From: Desulfomicrobium sp.
Lineage (GTDB): Bacteria > Desulfobacterota > Desulfovibrionia > Desulfovibrionales > Desulfomicrobiaceae
Length of the DNA stretch: 64,000 bases
NCBI GenBank assembly: GCA_040768745.1
Contig: JAXGMI010000001.1
Coordinates: forward strand, 1,184,001 to 1,248,000
Reading direction: 5' to 3'
Made by a program: the position numbers and the translations under genes. Shown piece by piece: positions 58,320 through 64,000 of the stretch. Position 1 is the first letter of the stretch. Every line of letters begins with the position of its first letter. The notes beneath the pieces are model-generated. The model was given only the letters and a program-made list of their open reading frames with translations, did not search any database and was not told where the DNA came from.

Positions 58320-59380
58320 GAGCGCACCTCCGTGTCGGTGGAAGCCGTTTTGAGCATCCAGGCGACGATGACGAGTCCGGCCGCCAGGGTCAGGACGAAA
58401 AGGACGAAGGGCAGGTATTCGCCGGTCACGACGCGGTCGCTGACCTGGAAATACGGGCTCAGGTACGCATCCCGGACCATGTCACGCAGGTAGACCATGA
58501 GCGAAATGGTGGTCACGGAGATGATGGCCGTGGTGCGAACGTTGTAGCGCAGGGCGTTGCTGATGCTGAAGATTCCGAGGGTTGCGCCAGCGGCGAAGAC
58601 CAGCGTGTGGGGCAGGGAGCCGCCCAGCAGGAGGTGCGAGATGCGCTCGGGCAGGGCCGTGAGGAACCACAGCCCCAGGGCCATCTGTACAACCGTGGAG
58701 AAGGCGTACCAGTTCATGCCGTGCCGGATCCAGTGCGTGGCCTGCGGGTCGCTCGTGCGGCACGAGTAGATCAGGGCCAGGGCCAGGCCGCCCAGGGCCG
58801 TGGACGAGGCGACGATGTGCAGGAAGCGCGGCAGCACGGTCGGATCCGAGAGGTTGAGGATGGTCCCGCCGGGATTGTCGAAATATCCGGTCCAGGTCTC
58901 GGGGTTCAGCATGAGGGTCATGTTGTTGGTGAAAATGAAGGCCGTGGCCAGCAGGCAGGCGGTCGTCACGCCGATGAATACGGTCTTCAGCCCGCCCAGG
59001 GACGGGTAGCGGAAGTCGTAGATGTAGGCGCTGCCGTACGCGGCGATGACCAGTCCGACGACGGCCAACCAGTAGACGGCCATGAGCACGCTGCTCGTGT
59101 ACAGGAACTGCCCGTAGAGGACCTGCATGAAGAGCAGCGGCGCCACGCCGAAGTTGACGGCGAAGGCGATGGTGAAGGGCAGCTTGACGGAGATGGTCGT
59201 GGTCAGGGGCTCGGTCTCCCGTTTCCCGCGCAGGTGGTGGACCAGAGCGATGATAGATGCCCCGAGCATGACATTCATGACCAGGATGTGGAGGATGAAC
59301 GTGAGCACCTGGAAGAGGTAGAACCAGCCCCACTCCACGGGAATGGGGAGGGCTTGGGGAATGAGACGAGTGGGGTCCAT
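58316..59380 (-). CDS. Partner membrane subunit (CydA'-like)
   Basis: About 9 TM, TFILHILVMN, NFGVAPLLFMQVLY, PRFLHI; ATGA coupling to the multiheme gene. Confidence 0.75.
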   Translation of the reverse strand: MDPTRLIPQALPIPVEWGWFYLFQVLTFILHILVMNVMLGASIIALVHHLRGKRETEPLTTTISVKLPFTIAFAVNFGVAPLLFMQVLYGQFLYTSSVLMAVYWLAVVGLVIAAYGSAYIYDFRYPSLGGLKTVFIGVTTACLLATAFIFTNNMTLMLNPETWTGYFDNPGGTILNLSDPTVLPRFLHIVASSTALGGLALALIYSCRTSDPQATHWIRHGMNWYAFSTVVQMALGLWFLTALPERISHLLLGGSLPHTLVFAAGATLGIFSISNALRYNVRTTAIISVTTISLMVYLRDMVRDAYLSPYFQVSDRVVTGEYLPFVLFVLTLAAGLVIVAWMLKTASTDTEVRS

Positions 59381-59603
59381 GGGCCTCTCCTTGTTGAAAT
59401 GTACGCCGCATCAGGAATTGCCAAGATCAGGATGATCCTGATTATCCTATTTGTCGATCTGCGTCAAAAATTGCTGAGTTGGAGCACACTTGCGGCTGTG
59501 AAAACTCTGCGCTCGCAGCCGGAGTGTCCCGTGGGCATGAAGGTTGGATCGCGGGCTGTCAGCCAAGAAAAAACCCGCGCTTGTGGCACGGGCGTGATTT
59601 CTG

Positions 59604-59681
59604 TGGCGTCCCCAAGGGGATTTGAACCCCTGTTATCGGCGTGAAAGGCCGGTGTCCTGGACCTAGCTAGACGATGGGGAC
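59604..59681 (-). tRNA. tRNA-Glu(TTC)
   Basis: GTCCCCA...CCGGC-CTTTCAC-GCCGA...GGTTCAAATCC...TGGGGACGCCA cloverleaf with encoded CCA. Confidence 0.93.
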
Positions 59682-59702
59682 GCAGGCTGCGTCGAGAAAA
59701 AG

Positions 59703-59778
59703 TGGCGTCCCCAAGGGGGTTTGAACCCCTGTTAGCGGCGTGAGAGGCCGCCGTCCTAGGCCACTAGACGATGGGGAC
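59703..59778 (-). tRNA. tRNA-Glu(CTC)
   Basis: GCGGC-CTCTCAC-GCCGC anticodon arm, T-loop TTCAAAC, CCA end. Confidence 0.95.
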
Positions 59779-59787
59779 GCATGTATT

Positions 59788-59863
59788 TGGTGGGCCGTGA
59801 AGGGATCGAACCTTCGACTCTCTGCTTAAAAGGCAGATACTCTACCGTCTGAGTTAACGGCCC
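59788..59863 (-). tRNA. tRNA-Lys(TTT)
   Basis: GGGCCGT...TCTGC-CTTTTAA-GCAGA...TTCGATC...ACGGCCCACCA. Confidence 0.95.
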
Positions 59864-59923
59864 CGAAAGAGAAAACGCTTCTATAGGGGGCCGCCGTTCC
59901 TTGTCAAGCCGGAAAACAGGATT

Positions 59924-61198
59924 TCACATCCCTATCCGTTCCAGCCCGCCCAGATAGGGGCGCAAGATTTCAGGGACGATGATGGAGCCGTCAGCCTGCT
60001 GATAATTTTCCAGGATTGCTACCATGGTCCGGCCAACAGCCAGGCCCGAGCCGTTCAGGGTGTGCACCAGCCTGCTCTTCTTGGCTCCGGCAGGCTTGAA
60101 GCGGATGCCGGCCCGACGGGCCTGGAAATCCTCGAAATTGGAGCAGGATGAAATCTCCCTGTACTTGTTTTGGCCAGGGAGCCAGACCTCGATGTCGTAG
60201 GTCTTGGCCGAGGAGAAGCCCAGATCCCCCGAGCACAGGGTGACCACCCGGTAGTGCAGACCCAGCTTCTGCAGGATGCTTTCGGCATGGCCCAGGAGTT
60301 TTTCCAGTTCGGCATAGGAGGAGTCCGGGTGAACAAAGCGCACCAATTCGACCTTGTCGAATTGGTGCTGGCGGATCATGCCCTTGGTGTCCTTGCCGTA
60401 GGAACCTGCTTCGGACCGGAAGCACGGGGTGAAGGCGCAGATGGTCACGGGCAGTTGGCTTTCGGCCAGGGTCTCGTCCCGGTAGATGTTTGTGACCGGC
60501 ACCTCGGCCGTGGGGATGAGGTAGTAGTTCGTGTTTTCGAGATGGAAGAGGTCTTCTTCAAATTTGGGCAACTGGCCCGTACCCATGAGGCTTTCGCGGT
60601 TGACAATGACCGGGGGCATAACTTCATTATACCCGTTTTCCCGCGTCTGCACATCGAGCATAAAGCTGATGAGGGCCCGTTCCATGCGTGCAGCCCAGCC
60701 CTTGAGGATGACGAACCGGCTGCCCGTGATCTTGGCTGCGGTTTCGAAGTCGAGTCCGCCCAGGGCCGTCCCCAGTTCCCAGTGCTCTTTGGGCTGAAAA
60801 TCGAAGGCAGGTTTCTGACCCCACATCTTGACCTGCACATTGCTGCTTTCATCGTTCCCTTCGGGGACCGACGGGTGCGGCACATTGGGGATGGACATGA
60901 TCCATTCCAGGGTCTGCTCGTCGATGTCCTTGAGCTTCTCGTCCAACGCCTTGATCCGAGTAGCCATGGCGCCGAGTTCCTCCAGCAGATCGTCAGCGCT
61001 TTCCCCGGTCTTTTTTCTGCGGCTGATTTCTCCCGAGGCCTGGTTGCGGTTGGCCTTCAAGTCCTCAACTTCCAGGAGCAGGTCACGGCGCTTCTGATCG
61101 ATGGCCAGAAACTGGTCCAGATCGAGCGAGCTGCGCCGCTTGCGCAGGGCGTCGCGTACGTCATGGGTATTGGAACGAACAAATTTGATGTCCAGCAT
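59924..61198 (-). CDS. serS: Seryl-tRNA synthetase
   Basis: [43 protein letters not shown]. Confidence 0.97.
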   Translation of the reverse strand: MLDIKFVRSNTHDVRDALRKRRSSLDLDQFLAIDQKRRDLLLEVEDLKANRNQASGEISRRKKTGESADDLLEELGAMATRIKALDEKLKDIDEQTLEWIMSIPNVPHPSVPEGNDESSNVQVKMWGQKPAFDFQPKEHWELGTALGGLDFETAAKITGSRFVILKGWAARMERALISFMLDVQTRENGYNEVMPPVIVNRESLMGTGQLPKFEEDLFHLENTNYYLIPTAEVPVTNIYRDETLAESQLPVTICAFTPCFRSEAGSYGKDTKGMIRQHQFDKVELVRFVHPDSSYAELEKLLGHAESILQKLGLHYRVVTLCSGDLGFSSAKTYDIEVWLPGQNKYREISSCSNFEDFQARRAGIRFKPAGAKKSRLVHTLNGSGLAVGRTMVAILENYQQADGSIIVPEILRPYLGGLERIGM

Positions 61199-61408
61199 GG
61201 AGAGGTCCTTGTCGTGGTTTCGAGGCCGCCTCAGTGTTCGGCGGATGTGGTTTTGCGGCGAAATGAATAGCCTGCCTCGGGCTGGACCACAAGCAGGTGA
61301 TTCTGCGTGACGTGATTTTTTTTCGTTTCTTCCCTTGACTTCCCTTTGCCAGGGATTAATTGGGCCTCTGTCTTGTGCGGGCTGGAGTCGGATTTCCAGC
61401 CTTGTACG

Positions 61409-61435
61409 TTGGCACTCTCAAGGTCGAAGTGCCAA
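61409..61435 (+). promoter_or_regulatory. CIRCE element (HrcA operator) of groESL
   Basis: TTGGCACTC-N9-AAGTGCCAA. Confidence 0.85.
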
Positions 61436-61483
61436 GAATAGTACCTATACGGAAGAAATTCTTAAACATCTTGGAGGAAAAAC

Positions 61484-61774
61484 ATGAAGCTCAGACCTCT
61501 GCACGACCGTATTCTGGTCAAGCGTCTCGACGAGGAACAGGTCACCAAGGGTGGCATCATCATTCCCGATTCCGCAAAGGAAAAGCCCATCAAGGGTGAA
61601 GTCGTTGCCGCCGGTCCCGGCAAGACCGCGGATGACGGAAAGCTGATCGCGATGAACGTGAAGGTTGGCGACAAGGTCATCTTCAACAAGTATGCAGGAA
61701 CCGAAGTGAAGATCGACGGCGATGAAATGCTCATCATGCGCGAAGACGACATTCTTGCTGTAATCGAAGCCTAA
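61484..61774 (+). CDS. groES: Co-chaperonin GroES
   Basis: [25 protein letters not shown]. Confidence 0.97.
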   Translation: MKLRPLHDRILVKRLDEEQVTKGGIIIPDSAKEKPIKGEVVAAGPGKTADDGKLIAMNVKVGDKVIFNKYAGTEVKIDGDEMLIMREDDILAVIEA

Positions 61775-61780
61775 ATTTAA

Positions 61781-63430
<1,650 letters not shown>

Positions 63431-63450
63431 TCCCCCCTTTCACACAGATG

Positions 63451-63477
63451 AAAAAGGCCGGCTTTCCGGCCTTTTTC
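63451..63477. terminator. Bidirectional terminator after groEL
   Basis: AAAAAGGCCGG-CTTT-CCGGCCTTTTT. Confidence 0.85.
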
Positions 63478-63602
63478 ATTTCTTGGGTCCGGGCTGAGAA
63501 TATCTCAACCGCAGGCACAGGACCTCGCGCCGTCACAGACACCCTCTCCCAGATATCCGGTCTTGAGTTAGCAGTCTGGCACCTGGAGGAATAGGCCCAG
63601 AT

Positions 63603-63791
63603 CTATTTATCGACAATTTTACACTCTGGGTTGGGGCACCACCATTCCTCGCCATCCCCGGAGATGGCCTTCACTTCGTTCGACTCAAGCATGGCGGCAG
63701 ATTGGCCGTCTAATTCTTTGCATTTTCGACCGGTGAGCTTCTTTTTGTTGTCTCCGGCCAGGGGCAGCTTCTGCATTTGTTTTTCCGACAT
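63603..63791 (-). CDS. Small hypothetical protein with a CPNPEC motif
   Basis: AAGGAGG RBS 6 nt before ATG; 62 aa with KC...WWCPNPEC. Confidence 0.55.
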   Translation of the reverse strand: MSEKQMQKLPLAGDNKKKLTGRKCKELDGQSAAMLESNEVKAISGDGEEWWCPNPECKIVDK

Positions 63792-64000
63792 GGCAAACCT
63801 CCTTGGAATTGCAAACTATATAATGATATGCACTGGAGCGCAGGAAGACAACATGGTGCGGATGGGGCAAAATCTGGCCATAGAAGGCTGACCTTGGTTG
63901 ATATCTTTCCTCGTCTATCGGGAAACAGGCATCAGGTTGTACTCCCCGCCTTGGAGCGGTGGCATGGATGGTCATGGATGCTGCCGAACTTTCGAAAGGA

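Noticed and set aside
59406..59424. Possible sigma54 promoter TGGCAATTCCTGATGC upstream of the bd-like operon
   Set aside because: GG-to-GC spacing is 11 nt rather than the required 10
55677..59681. tRNA-Glu-anchored genomic island
   Set aside because: No integrase, and no duplicated tRNA 3' end found in the window apart from the second intact tRNA-Glu

Overview
Chromosomal window from a dissimilatory sulfate-reducing Desulfovibrionales bacterium (Desulfomicrobium-like; inferred from gene content, not tested). The left part holds ppiD, aconitase, a chorismate-mutase/EPSPS-like fusion and the core sulfate-activation locus sat-aprBA-qmoABC(D) with Rex-like operators. The middle is a mosaic of accessory genes: an EVE protein, a dksA'-'phoH deletion scar, an ilvN-like/ptb pair, hsp20, a DUF475 membrane protein, two paralogous YeiH-type exporter + small-protein modules (one with a heme-c sensor kinase, a sigma54 regulator and a -24/-12 promoter), a Pho regulon split into pstSCA and phoBR-pstB-phoU, and a chrE-chrB-chrA chromate cluster. 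The right part holds lemA/DUF2207, an orphan histidine kinase, a cytochrome-bd-like subunit with 8 CxxCH motifs plus its partner, three tRNAs, serS and groESL with a CIRCE. Best hidden signals: (1) a DsrE gene read through an in-frame UGA with a SECIS-like hairpin (UxxC selenoprotein, truncated in the ORF track); (2) divergent from it, a stand-alone protein resembling the cytidine-deaminase half of the tRNA base editor TrcP; (3) a conserved small partner protein of the YeiH exporters within a heme-sensing sigma54 circuit. No CRISPR array, rRNA, integrase or transposase was seen. All family assignments come from motif recognition by eye; no database search was run.
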